This document shows, in pieces, positions 9,341-19,160 of a DNA stretch of 46,498 nucleotides. Origin of the DNA: Promethearchaeota archaeon (lineage in GTDB: Archaea; Asgardarchaeota; Lokiarchaeia; Sigyniarchaeales; SOKP01). Position 1 is the first letter of the stretch. Each line of letters starts with the position of its first letter. The notes below the pieces were generated by a model. That model had not been told where the DNA came from. It searched no databases and was given only the letters and a program-made list of their open reading frames with translations. The stretch is taken from assembly GCA_030603385.1 (NCBI GenBank), contig JAUVXW010000036.1:1-46498 (forward strand), in the 5' to 3' direction. Both the position numbers and the translations under genes were made by a program.

Positions 9341-11119
9341 TTATATAATTCTAAAAAAGACTCGCATATAAAAGATTACAAATGGTAGCATGATTAGGAG
9401 GTAAAGAGAAAAACTGTTTTTAAAAAATTTAGATAAAAACATAACTAAACTCCTAATATAATATAGCACTACTCCGATTAATAATATAAATAATATATGA
9501 GAAAAAATACCACCTAAAATAGGAAAAGGGGGGATAGGTACAAAGGCTGAGAATATCAAAAAAGATATGGGTCGTATTATCAGTAGAATCATAGCATCAC
9601 GACCCTTAAATTCTCTTAGATATAAATAATCCATCATTCCAGAACCTAATCCAACTACTATATATGGTACAGAAGAGATATCTAAAAATGGAATTGAGAA
9701 GCTCATTGTCAAATCAGCATTTAAATTATAAAGGAGTATAAAATAAATTGTAGGGATTATTATTATTGAAAGTGAATATAAAAAGGGTATCGAATCATTT
9801 CTTATCCAATTTTTCCATTCTTCCTTCCAATTAGAATGCAATTCACTAGGAATGAATAGCATAATAATTCCAGATAAAATTGGGAAAAAAATGAAATATC
9901 CATAAAGGATTGATCTATTCAAGAGTGCAAAAATTATTCCTGAGAGTGTTAACGCTCCCAAATAACTTGACGTGCGGTATATTATCATTTTTTTGTATCT
10001 TACCTTCCCTTCACGAGAATTATCAACATCCTTCTTGATAGGGAGTTGATCCCAAAAGGGTAAGATTCTCAATTTAACTATTAATGAACTTAATCCTAGG
10101 AACAGGATTATTGCTGATGCAATAATTAAATTCTCTGAAACATGATTATTAGGATAATTATAATTAAACAAGCTATATGTTGTAATTTCATTATCTAAAT
10201 TTGTTATATTAATTGTTTGGTTATGATAAAAATGCTCAAACCAAGTAATCGCATATTTTAGAGATGTCATATCTTTTTCATTCCCTACATGGCCTAAACC
10301 AGGTCTTTCTTTCAACTCAATATCTGTTCGATTTATTCCATTTACATGATTATAAAAATCGTTAGTCTCTTTCGGTAAAATGATTTTATCAGATAATCCT
10401 TGTATTAATAATAAGTTTTCAGTATTGGTTTCATTTGCTATATCAAGAGCATCTTGAATATCATCTATGTCTGTGATAGCAGTAGTTGTCCCTATTAAAT
10501 TCTGTATCGGAATCCTGTCAATCAGGCTTTCAAGAGATGCTAATGGATGGTAAAGCACTGTTGCATAAATTCTATTTTCTATTGCTTGCAAAATGGCTCC
10601 AATTCCACCCCCATATGAAAAACCTAATAAACCCATATGAGAAGTATTTGCATATTGATATTTAGCATTGATATAATCAATTACTTCAACCATATCATAA
10701 GGTTCTTTACTGAGAAACCCACTTGGACCTCCAGATTCTCCATGACCTCGTTGCTCTACCGAAACTACAGCATAACCAAATTTAACAAATTGAAATATAA
10801 TATTCAATTTATGCTCTTTTCTGCCATTTATTCCATGAAGGAGTAAGATTGTAGGAATTGAATTAGTATTATTCTCTTTTAAATCTTTATCAACATAAAT
10901 TAATCCTTTAATGTCTATTCCATCTCTCATCTTTACTGAAATAGAGTCAACATCAATATTTTCATCAGCAAAATAATTAAGTTTTTGTTGTCTCAAGGCA
11001 AGAGCGAATGAAATTGAAATTATCGCCAAAACTATACTAGTGCATATAAGAACAATTCCGGCATATTTAAATAATAGATTTTTCGATATTTTGTCTTGTA
11101 ACCTATTTATCAACTTCAT
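9341..11119 (-). CDS. Membrane-bound alpha/beta hydrolase with multi-TM C-terminal domain
   Basis: N-terminal TM, 'LLLHG', 'QRGHGES', nucleophile GFSYGG, Asp (SDKII) and His (GLGH), then about 8 TM helices. Confidence 0.8.
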   Translation of the reverse strand: MKLINRLQDKISKNLLFKYAGIVLICTSIVLAIISISFALALRQQKLNYFADENIDVDSISVKMRDGIDIKGLIYVDKDLKENNTNSIPTILLLHGINGRKEHKLNIIFQFVKFGYAVVSVEQRGHGESGGPSGFLSKEPYDMVEVIDYINAKYQYANTSHMGLLGFSYGGGIGAILQAIENRIYATVLYHPLASLESLIDRIPIQNLIGTTTAITDIDDIQDALDIANETNTENLLLIQGLSDKIILPKETNDFYNHVNGINRTDIELKERPGLGHVGNEKDMTSLKYAITWFEHFYHNQTINITNLDNEITTYSLFNYNYPNNHVSENLIIASAIILFLGLSSLIVKLRILPFWDQLPIKKDVDNSREGKVRYKKMIIYRTSSYLGALTLSGIIFALLNRSILYGYFIFFPILSGIIMLFIPSELHSNWKEEWKNWIRNDSIPFLYSLSIIIIPTIYFILLYNLNADLTMSFSIPFLDISSVPYIVVGLGSGMMDYLYLREFKGRDAMILLIIRPISFLIFSAFVPIPPFPILGGIFSHILFILLIGVVLYYIRSLVMFLSKFFKNSFSLYLLIMLPFVIFYMRVFFRII

Positions 11120-11242
11120 TTATAATATAAACACAGTTGGAGTATTATAAAAACCAAATCCTTATCGACTATTAACCAAGTTTTTATATCCATATGTGAA
11201 TATTTAAAACATAATCTTAGGATGATATAAAAAAATATTATT

Positions 11243-11500
11243 ATGAGTATAGAAACTTGTGCTGAGTGTACTAAAGAAGCAGTCTCTAATTGTGCATTAT
11301 GTGGAAAACCATTATGCCAAGATCATATAACACATGGATTTTCTAGGAGAACAAACACCCCAGCTGCTAATTGTGCGAATTGCCAAAAGAATTTTCCCAG
11401 AAAAGTAAGAAAAAATGTAATTATAATGGCTACAGTACTAATTGTTGCTTCTATCATTTTAATAGTGTATTTAAGCACAATTATCCCATTTGGTATATAA
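11243..11500 (+). CDS. Small zinc-finger (B-box-like) protein with C-terminal TM anchor
   Basis: CAEC..CALC..CQDH..CANC followed by a hydrophobic helix. Confidence 0.7.
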   Translation: MSIETCAECTKEAVSNCALCGKPLCQDHITHGFSRRTNTPAANCANCQKNFPRKVRKNVIIMATVLIVASIILIVYLSTIIPFGI

Positions 11501-11550
11501 TGATTTTTAAAAAATTTCGTTCTTAAAAAGTAAATTTATGTGAATATGTT

Positions 11551-12066
11551 ATGGAAGCTAAAAAAGTATCAGATTCAAAAGTGGAAATTGCCCAAGTTAT
11601 GATGCCCGAACATTCTAATGCTGCTGGGAATGTTCACGGCGGATATATTTTGAAATTAGTAGATCAAGCAGGTGCTATCGTAGCAGCAAGACATACACAT
11701 AGTAACGCAGTGACAGCTTCTTTAGATAGAATGGATTTTATCTCTCCTGTTTACGTTGGAAATTTGGTATTTGCGAAAGCCTCATGCAATTACGTATCAA
11801 GAACATCAATGGAGATCGGGGTACGAGTAGAAGCAGAATGCTTACGGACTGGTACTCATACGCATGTTGGATCAGCGTACTTAACTTTTGTTGCTTTAGG
11901 TGAGGATGACAAACCAACTCAGGTTCCGAAGCTTATCTTAGAAACTGAAGAAGAAAAACATCGTTTCGAAGAGGCTAAGAAAAGAAGAGAATTAAGATTG
12001 CAACAAGTTAAAAAACATAAACATATCCAACAACCATGTATAGTTAGACCCGAAAAACTAGAATAA
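11551..12066 (+). CDS. Acyl-CoA thioesterase (hotdog, YciA family)
   Basis: 'PEHSNAAGNVHGGYILKLVD', 'VTASLD', 'RTSMEIGV' and 'YLTFVAL'. Confidence 0.92.
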   Translation: MEAKKVSDSKVEIAQVMMPEHSNAAGNVHGGYILKLVDQAGAIVAARHTHSNAVTASLDRMDFISPVYVGNLVFAKASCNYVSRTSMEIGVRVEAECLRTGTHTHVGSAYLTFVALGEDDKPTQVPKLILETEEEKHRFEEAKKRRELRLQQVKKHKHIQQPCIVRPEKLE

Positions 12067-12086
12067 GTAAAGATTTACTTTTATGA

Positions 12087-12332
12087 ATAGTAAGTTTAAT
12101 TGCTTTAAGAAAAAAGAAGCCAGACTTAGAAAGGCCGTTTGAATTAAAACCAAGTTACAAAGGAATTCCTATAATTGCCCTATTAGGTTCCATAATCAGT
12201 ATCGCTCTATTATTTACCTTTGATTGGTTTATCATCCTTATTCAAGTGATAATAATCCTCTGTGGAATTGGATTTTTTTATGCTATGAAATCAAAAATAG
12301 AAACAAAAACGCTAAGCAAAAACAAAATTTAA
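12087..12332 (+). pseudogene. Orphan C-terminal fragment of an APC-family amino acid permease
   Basis: No plausible start codon, and an in-frame TGA at 12084. Encodes IVSLIALRKKKPDLERPFELKPSYKGIPIIALLG..., two TM helices and TAA 12330-12332. LRxxxPxxxRPF is the APC C-terminal signature. Confidence 0.75.
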
Positions 12333-12334
12333 TA

Positions 12335-13075
12335 TCATATTTCGTTAATATTACAGTATCCGACAATTTCATCTCTTAAAAATACTTTAAATGGTAATTT
12401 TACGTCTTTATAAGGTTTCAAAAGATTAACTAAAAGATCGTGTTCTGGTTTAGAAAAGATTTTCTTAAATTCTTCCCCTACACCTTCTAAAAATTGATAT
12501 TGTTGAAGCACAAAATTGCCTTTAAATCCAACACTTTCGAGAAAGTTTATAATTTCACTAACATCATCAGAAGTCAATAACCTTTCCACATAGGTTGTAC
12601 GTATTTCAAAATCAATATCCTTTTTAGTGTTTATGAATGCTATAGTATCTTTTATTTTTGCTAAATCTACTTTAATCCCTGTAATTTTCTCGAATTTTTT
12701 TGGTTCTAGCGGCCCTTTTAAATCTAAAGCAACTCTATTTATGTATGGTGCGATTTTCTTTATTACATCTGGATTTGAGCCATTTGTATCAATGCTTAAA
12801 TATTTACCAATTTTTTGAATTTCTATACATAATTCCAACAAATCATTTTGTAGTGTCGGTTCTCCACCAGTAATACTGACGCCACTTACTAGCTCGTTTG
12901 TTTTTATTTGATTTATTAATTCGTTGATCTCATATTGTCTACCAACATCAGGCTGTAAAAGGTATTTATTATGGCAATAATCACATTTGAAATTACATCC
13001 TACCGTAAAAATAACCATGCTTGATCTATGAGGAATATCCTTTGTTGATATATCAATGATTCCTCCTATTTTCAT
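12335..13075 (-). CDS. nrdG: Glycyl-radical activating radical SAM protein (NrdG2-type anaerobic RNR activase family)
   Basis: MKIGGI...VIFTVGCNFKCDYCHN, 'SITGGEPTLQ', 'DTNGSNP' and 'FEIRTT'. Confidence 0.8.
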   Translation of the reverse strand: MKIGGIIDISTKDIPHRSSMVIFTVGCNFKCDYCHNKYLLQPDVGRQYEINELINQIKTNELVSGVSITGGEPTLQNDLLELCIEIQKIGKYLSIDTNGSNPDVIKKIAPYINRVALDLKGPLEPKKFEKITGIKVDLAKIKDTIAFINTKKDIDFEIRTTYVERLLTSDDVSEIINFLESVGFKGNFVLQQYQFLEGVGEEFKKIFSKPEHDLLVNLLKPYKDVKLPFKVFLRDEIVGYCNINEI

Positions 13076-13084
13076 GCTTTATCC

Positions 13085-13978
13085 TCAGTATTGTTCTTTA
13101 ATTGAATTTTCAACTTGATATAATGGCAAATTATAGGGTCCTGGAGTTTCCAACTTAAGAGATGTAAGAGCTGCTGCAAATTTTAATGATTGCTCAGGAT
13201 TTTTTGTGATTCGTGATCCTAAATAACTAATTAATGCAGTATCTCCCCTTCCAGTTCTTCCAATTGAATTTTTGTTCTTCCATGGAAAACTATATGATCC
13301 ATTGGAAGTATAAACAGATATACCTTCCTCATGAGTAATTAAGATTTCTTTAGGGCCAAAAGTAATTAATTCTTTAGCAGCAGTACTAATTTCTTTCTGG
13401 TTAGTCAAAACTTCTGCTTCAGTTTGATCTAATTTTAATACATTAATATTTGAGATGATCTTTTTCTTCTCTTTAAGAGACAATGATTTGTAAAAAACTC
13501 TTGTATCGTCTCTAAATCTGATAAATCCTTGGATATCTAAACATAAATTTAGGGGATATTTACTTTTAAGATGCTCTAATAATTCTAAGTCAACTTCACC
13601 CGCAATAATAGGGGCAATAACAAAGAATTTCGGATTTATATTGTCAACAATTTCTTCCTTTTTAAATAGACCCGCAAATCCAAGTGGTCTATATTCTCTA
13701 AATTCCATATTTTCAGAAGAATATATATTTCTTAAGCCTGAGGTCTCTTCTGATGGATATGCGTAATAATTAATTCCATTCTTTTTGAATATCTCTAGAA
13801 ATGGAAAATCTTCTTCTTTTAATCTTGTAATAATTGATATTTTAAGACCCATATGGCTTCCAGCTATTCCCCCGTAATAAACTGCACCACCTAATGATGT
13901 ATAGCTATTTCCATCAACCTCTATAATATCCTTAGCTAGGTGTCCCAAAATTACTATGTCAGTTGCTATTTTAGTCAT
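13085..13978 (-). CDS. PfkB/ribokinase family carbohydrate kinase
   Basis: 'GHLAKD', 'LGGAVYY', 'LDIQG' and C-terminal 'RTGRGD'. Confidence 0.85.
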   Translation of the reverse strand: MTKIATDIVILGHLAKDIIEVDGNSYTSLGGAVYYGGIAGSHMGLKISIITRLKEEDFPFLEIFKKNGINYYAYPSEETSGLRNIYSSENMEFREYRPLGFAGLFKKEEIVDNINPKFFVIAPIIAGEVDLELLEHLKSKYPLNLCLDIQGFIRFRDDTRVFYKSLSLKEKKKIISNINVLKLDQTEAEVLTNQKEISTAAKELITFGPKEILITHEEGISVYTSNGSYSFPWKNKNSIGRTGRGDTALISYLGSRITKNPEQSLKFAAALTSLKLETPGPYNLPLYQVENSIKEQY

Positions 13979-14072
13979 AAATATAATTATTAAAGCAAAT
14001 AAGGAATTAAGAAATTATTGTAATATTAAATAAAAAAGAGAAAAAGAAAGAGAAAGTTTAATTTAAACTTCT

Positions 14073-14289
14073 TTACAATGACTTTTCAATTTTCCCATAA
14101 ATGAAATTTTCTAATATTCTTTCTTTTATCTTACAGAATTTTAGTTTAGGGATTTCATTGATTTTTTTATCACTTTCTTCAATACTTCTAATTAAAATTG
14201 AGCTTATGTTTAACTTTTGGTGATCACCTCTAATAATTTGTTCACTTAATTCTTTTTTAATCATCATTAAATTATACGTATTGCTCATA
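14073..14289 (-). CDS. Small hypothetical protein (likely ATG start 14289)
   Basis: ORF preceded by a TTTAAAT TATA-like element. No recognisable motif. Confidence 0.4.
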
Positions 14290-14506
14290 TTTAAATATAC
14301 CCATTCTTTTCCCACATCTCAAAAACCTATAATAGATAACTCTAAATCATAATATAATGAATTTTTTAATAGTCACATTAAACATTGTTCAATTATACCT
14401 TAAAATCTAAATAATTCTATAACTCTTTTGATTGAAAAAAGTAAGCAGAACTGAACGAAATTTAGTCTTTATTATTAATAGGGGAGATGAGTTTTCTGGT
14501 GAGTCT

Positions 14507-14533
14507 AAATAACTATAGTCCAGATAGTTATTT
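14507..14533. promoter_or_regulatory. Perfect 10-bp inverted repeat AAATAACTAT-N7-ATAGTTATTT (candidate operator)
   Basis: Seen directly in the divergent intergenic region, about 55 bp upstream of a TATATAAA element preceding the 14622 gene. Confidence 0.45.
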
Positions 14534-14621
14534 CTACAAATTTAGGTGTAAATGATACGTAAGCATAAATAGTTGAATTGTTATTTCATATATAAAATTA
14601 GTAAAAGAGATTTGAGGGGAT

Positions 14622-15386
14622 ATGAATAAAAAAAAGTTTATGGGTGTAATTTTATTAGGGTTTTTAACAATTATTGCAGCAACTCAAATGGTTACAGCGG
14701 TAAATCAATATTCTGTGGAAGTTGGTGCTCATTTCAGAAGGGATGCAACACAATATTTCTTTATGAAAGATGGACCCGAATATACTCATTCTTATTATTT
14801 AGAGTTTAATTTTACAAATTGGGGCGATCCTGGTGGTTTAGATTATCTTAATGGCACGATTAACAATAATGGAACTGTTTTTGATGGTGAAATCAGCCAT
14901 GAGTATTATTATGGGGGACAAACTTATGGACAAGAATGGGTTACAGATATATTAGACTATCAAGGAGAATATCCTGTGCATGTTTATTTAGTTTGTGCCA
15001 CTGAAATTGAACAAACTACAAAACCTGAATTAGAGAACCTTGCTCTCAATTCGTGGCTCACGTTCGGTGAACCTTCAACAAATAATTTTACTCTTACTGG
15101 TACTTACATAGATGGAGATAATACTGCTATTTATACAGGAAAAGTAGAATTCAACTCTGATAAAGTCTTGAAATATGTGTATGATGAATTAATACTAAAA
15201 ACAGACGGAGTTACCCAGATTATAGAGCGATATGTATGGACTCTTACGTATACACCAGGGACACCAACCGGAGGTACTGGTGAAAGTATTCCTGGATATT
15301 CCTTATATTTTGTAATGGGCGCAATTGCGATTAGTTTTCTTCTTTTACTAAGAAGAAAAAACTTATTTAAAATGAGGATAAACTAG
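14622..15386 (+). CDS. Secreted cell-surface protein with PGF/Loki-CTERM-like sorting signal
   Basis: N-terminal signal peptide, T/G-rich linker, then 'IPGY' + TM + RRK tail. Confidence 0.75.
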   Translation: MNKKKFMGVILLGFLTIIAATQMVTAVNQYSVEVGAHFRRDATQYFFMKDGPEYTHSYYLEFNFTNWGDPGGLDYLNGTINNNGTVFDGEISHEYYYGGQTYGQEWVTDILDYQGEYPVHVYLVCATEIEQTTKPELENLALNSWLTFGEPSTNNFTLTGTYIDGDNTAIYTGKVEFNSDKVLKYVYDELILKTDGVTQIIERYVWTLTYTPGTPTGGTGESIPGYSLYFVMGAIAISFLLLLRRKNLFKMRIN

Positions 15387-15541
15387 TCAAATTACTTTTT
15401 TATTTTTTTTTTTATATCGTGATTTAGATAATCCCAAATATAGAAATATTAAGATCAAAGATTTTTTAAGTGGTTTTTAATTTTCAATTACAATTTAGTA
15501 AAATTATTCTAATTAATTAGGTATGGGATATTTGAAGAAAA

Positions 15542-15823
15542 ATGATATTTGAAGATTTAATTGGACTGTTAAAGAAGAAAGGGTTTAAGGATACTTTTTT
15601 TGTGCTCACCAAAAATAATAATAAGTTGGATAAGCACACTTTTTACAATGAATTGAATAAATTTTCGTATTACAATTCGTTTTTTAGAGTGAAAGATGAA
15701 CTAATCAAAAAAGGGCTTATCGAAATAGAGCAGACTAACAAAGTTAAGCATATTAAATTAACTGAAAAGGGTTTAGAAGTATACAACAAATTAAATGAGA
15801 TTAATAATTTAATTAAAAAATAA
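15542..15823 (+). CDS. Small winged-helix DNA-binding protein
   Basis: 'ELIKKGLIEIE...IKLTEKGLEV' wHTH signature. Confidence 0.8.
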   Translation: MIFEDLIGLLKKKGFKDTFFVLTKNNNKLDKHTFYNELNKFSYYNSFFRVKDELIKKGLIEIEQTNKVKHIKLTEKGLEVYNKLNEINNLIKK

Positions 15824-15864
15824 AATCCTTTATTATTTTTAATCCTAAAAAAGAGTAAATTTTT

Positions 15865-16497
15865 TTGATATTAAAAAAACTCGTAGTAGGGCAACTTGGG
15901 ACTAACTCCTACATTTTTGGTTCTTCTACAACTAAAGAAGTAGTAATCATCGATCCTGGTGGAAATCCAGAATCCATTATTAAAGCTGTTGAAGAAGTAG
16001 GAGGTAAGCCAATTGCTGTTTTATTAACGCATGGGCATTTTGATCATACTCTAGCTGTCGCTAAAATAAAACGATATTTCGACATTCCTTTAATGTTTAA
16101 CAAAAAAGAGTGCGATTCTGGAATATATAGTCATAAAAAAGCGGATAAATGGCTGAATGAAGGAGATTCTATCTCCATCGGTGAAATTACATTACACGTA
16201 TTAGAGACTCCTGGACATTCTCCCGGTTCCTTATGCTTCTATACAAAAGATGTGAAGGAATATGAGGGACAGAATATTGATGGAATTATTTTCTCAGGGG
16301 ATTTAATTTTTAGGAGAAGTATTGGAAGATCGGATATTGGCGGAGGTGATTCCAATGTATTATTTTCCTCAATTAAAAATAAAATCATGAATAATCCTGA
16401 TATAACCGATAATTTCCTAATATTTGCTGGTCATATGGGGGACACCTCAGTGGGAGAAGAGAGACAAATGAATATGTTTAAAAATTATTTTCTTTGA
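15865..16497 (+). CDS. Glyoxalase II-like MBL hydrolase (YcbL/GloC-like), copy 1
   Basis: IIDPG, THGHFDH, TPGHSPG, FSGD, GRSD and GH motifs. TTG start. Confidence 0.92.
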   Translation: MILKKLVVGQLGTNSYIFGSSTTKEVVIIDPGGNPESIIKAVEEVGGKPIAVLLTHGHFDHTLAVAKIKRYFDIPLMFNKKECDSGIYSHKKADKWLNEGDSISIGEITLHVLETPGHSPGSLCFYTKDVKEYEGQNIDGIIFSGDLIFRRSIGRSDIGGGDSNVLFSSIKNKIMNNPDITDNFLIFAGHMGDTSVGEERQMNMFKNYFL

Positions 16498-16530
16498 ATT
16501 CTTCTAATTTTTGAAAGGAGTAGATCTAAT

Positions 16531-17166
16531 CTGATTTTAAAAAAACTAGTTGTCGGATCTTATATTGTTAATACGTATATTTTTGGATCATCAAACACAA
16601 AAGAAGTTGTAATTATCGATCCTGGTGCTGAAGCAGAGAAGATAATTAATACCGTTGATAAATTGGAAGTTAATCCAATCGCAGTTCTTGTTACTCATGG
16701 GCATGGGGATCATGTAGGTGCAGCTGCAGTAGTATCTAATTATTATGATATTCCTATTATGTTTCATGAAAACTCCAGAAGATTTAATGGTAGCATAATT
16801 AATAGAAGAGGGTTGAACGAAGGCGATACTATAAATGTCGGGGAATATACATTACATATATTAGAAACCCCTGGTCATGCTCCTGATTCTTTATGCTATT
16901 ATTCAAAAGACCCAAAAGAATTCAATGGTCAAGAGATTGATGGAATCATCTTTACTGGTGATTTAATTTTTTGTCGTGGTATAGGAAGATCGGATTTCGG
17001 AGGAGGAAACTCAAATCAGCTATTTTTATCGATTAAAAATAAAATCATGTATAATCCTGAAATCACAGATAATTTTCTTATATTTTCAGGTCATTCCTAC
17101 TCCGGTGATGTTACCTCTGTGGGAGAAGAGAGGAAACAGAATCCCTATAGAGAATATTTTCTTTGA
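16531..17166 (+). CDS. Glyoxalase II-like MBL hydrolase, tandem copy 2 (probable CTG start)
   Basis: The frame extends upstream of 16663 to CTG ATT TTA AAA AAA CTA GTT GTC GGA, matching the copy-1 N-terminus MILKKLVVG. SD AGGAG at 16516-16520. THGHGDH motif. Confidence 0.88.
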   Translation: MILKKLVVGSYIVNTYIFGSSNTKEVVIIDPGAEAEKIINTVDKLEVNPIAVLVTHGHGDHVGAAAVVSNYYDIPIMFHENSRRFNGSIINRRGLNEGDTINVGEYTLHILETPGHAPDSLCYYSKDPKEFNGQEIDGIIFTGDLIFCRGIGRSDFGGGNSNQLFLSIKNKIMYNPEITDNFLIFSGHSYSGDVTSVGEERKQNPYREYFL

Positions 17167-17356
17167 TGGGAAAAAGAAATCTTTTTTTGTTATTTAATTT
17201 TAGTGAAAATTTTCTGAGGAATTAATTCAATTACTTTATTATAAATTTTTAAGCACCTCTAATATTTATGACAATATAGCATTTGATTATATTTTTCGAA
17301 CAATTTTAAAAGATCCCGTAAATTCAAGTTAAAAAGAAAAAGAAGAAGAGATTATC

Positions 17357-18559
17357 ATGAGCGAAAAAAGAAATATTACCAGGGAGGACATCTTTCTTAA
17401 GGCACGAATCCTTTCAGAAGGTGTTCGGATGAAGGTAAAGAAGCAACCGGAAACAGGGACCGTTTTTCGTCCCTTTGTTTTGGACGGATGTGATCTGGTG
17501 GTTATGCCTTTGCCGAATTCATACTCTCGCTTGGAGACCGTCATTGATGGTGATGATGTGACTATTTCCGATATGGGTAAGGTTCTGGGTTCGGGGAAGC
17601 TGGAGGTACGGCGTTCCTGGCGCGATGAGCTAATGAGTACTGGGAATTCCGCGGAGATCGTCTATTCAAACTCGGCTAGCTCGGCCAGCATTTTCAACAT
17701 TATCATGAACTTTCGCTGTTACAACTACGATTCGGGCCAAGGATGCAGATATTGCGGGCTATTTGCTACTCCTTTGAGTAAATCTCCCTCAACCAATATT
17801 GCTCCTAAAATAACGGCACTTCAAGTAGAAGCAGCTGTAATTGCTGCTCGGAACGGTTGGCGCGGTACTCTTTCCATCACCGGTGGAGCACTACCGCCGT
17901 CACAACGCGGTCAAATGATCGATAGGCTTGAAAGGGTAATGATCCAGTTACGCGAGTCCCTTGACGAAGAGATACTCTCGCAGCTGCATGTCGCTCCCAA
18001 CGTGTATCCCCCCGACGACCTTGGGGAACTTTACAAGTGGAAAGATCTCGGGGTCAATGCTGCTGAGTTCGATCTCGAAGTAATGGATCCTGCTTATTTC
18101 AAGGCAATCTGTCCTGGTAAGAGCAAAGCATGCTCCCATGAACGCTGGAAAGAAGCCCAAGAAGCCGCAGTTGAGGTCTTCGGACGCGGACGTGGAGCTT
18201 TCCAAAGTCTGGTGACAGGAATCGAGCCTATGTCCTCGTTGGTTGAGGGTGTGGAAGAACGGATTTCAAAAGGCGTCTACAGTGCGCCTCTAGTAATTGT
18301 ACCGACCCCAGGTTCTCCTTACGCACAATTTCGTCCACCAACCGCTGAATGGTTCGTGAAAGCCAATGAAAATATAGCTGACATCTATTTCCAATATGCA
18401 GACTCCCTTGATGTTAATCTGCTAACTGACAACCGTCCTGGATTCACGCGTATAGGTTTATCTTACCCCCACATACTCGTCCGTGACGAGATGGCGCGCC
18501 GTCTGCAAGAACAGGGGAAGTTCCCGCCGGGATTGCCCAGCCAGGATTTCATAGAGTAA
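17357..18559 (+). CDS. Radical SAM protein with extended Cx8Cx2C motif, high GC
   Basis: 'CYNYDSGQGCRYC', 'SITGG', 'FDLEVMD...ICPGK'. GC is roughly 50% by eye versus about 30% in the flanks. Confidence 0.8.
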   Translation: MSEKRNITREDIFLKARILSEGVRMKVKKQPETGTVFRPFVLDGCDLVVMPLPNSYSRLETVIDGDDVTISDMGKVLGSGKLEVRRSWRDELMSTGNSAEIVYSNSASSASIFNIIMNFRCYNYDSGQGCRYCGLFATPLSKSPSTNIAPKITALQVEAAVIAARNGWRGTLSITGGALPPSQRGQMIDRLERVMIQLRESLDEEILSQLHVAPNVYPPDDLGELYKWKDLGVNAAEFDLEVMDPAYFKAICPGKSKACSHERWKEAQEAAVEVFGRGRGAFQSLVTGIEPMSSLVEGVEERISKGVYSAPLVIVPTPGSPYAQFRPPTAEWFVKANENIADIYFQYADSLDVNLLTDNRPGFTRIGLSYPHILVRDEMARRLQEQGKFPPGLPSQDFIE

Positions 18560-18714
18560 ACACCTGAAGTCGTTTCATTCAGTAATAAATGAAAATGGCT
18601 TCAAAATTGTAAACAGACTAGAATTTAATTTATAGTTACAGTTAGGATAAATTATTAAAGGTATATTAAGGTTATATTATTATAAAAATTTAGAATATAT
18701 TCCTTAAGGTGTAA

Positions 18715-19005
18715 TTGAAATTGATTAACCGTCAAGAAGTAAAAAATATAATTCGTCGTTTCGAGGAACGTGAAGGTATTCGTGGAGTGATTATCTGTGA
18801 TTCCAGTGGTTTACCAATCGATTCAAATATGGAGATTGAAGTCAGTGAAGAGATTGCTGCTTATGTTACATCACTCATCGGGAAAGGCAAACAGGTGGTT
18901 AAGGCGTTAAATGAAGGAGATCTAAGCTTTATAAGATTGGAGACCTCGAAAGGTGAGACAATGATAGCTTTGGAAGAGAATCTGATTTTAATTATTCTGA
19001 AATAA
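18715..19005 (+). CDS. Roadblock/LC7 domain protein
   Basis: 'GIRGVIICDSSGLPIDS' and 'FIRLETSKGETMI'. Confidence 0.9.
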   Translation: MKLINRQEVKNIIRRFEEREGIRGVIICDSSGLPIDSNMEIEVSEEIAAYVTSLIGKGKQVVKALNEGDLSFIRLETSKGETMIALEENLILIILK

Positions 19006-19160
19006 TTCTTATTAATTGTTATTTTTTCAATTTTCATTTCAAAATAAAATTTCTCTTTTTTAATTAGTTGATAAATTTAAATTGCTAAAACGATATAATT
19101 TCTTAAACCAACTTCAAATTTCAAAATTATTCAAATTATTTTATAAGGATTGACAAAAAA

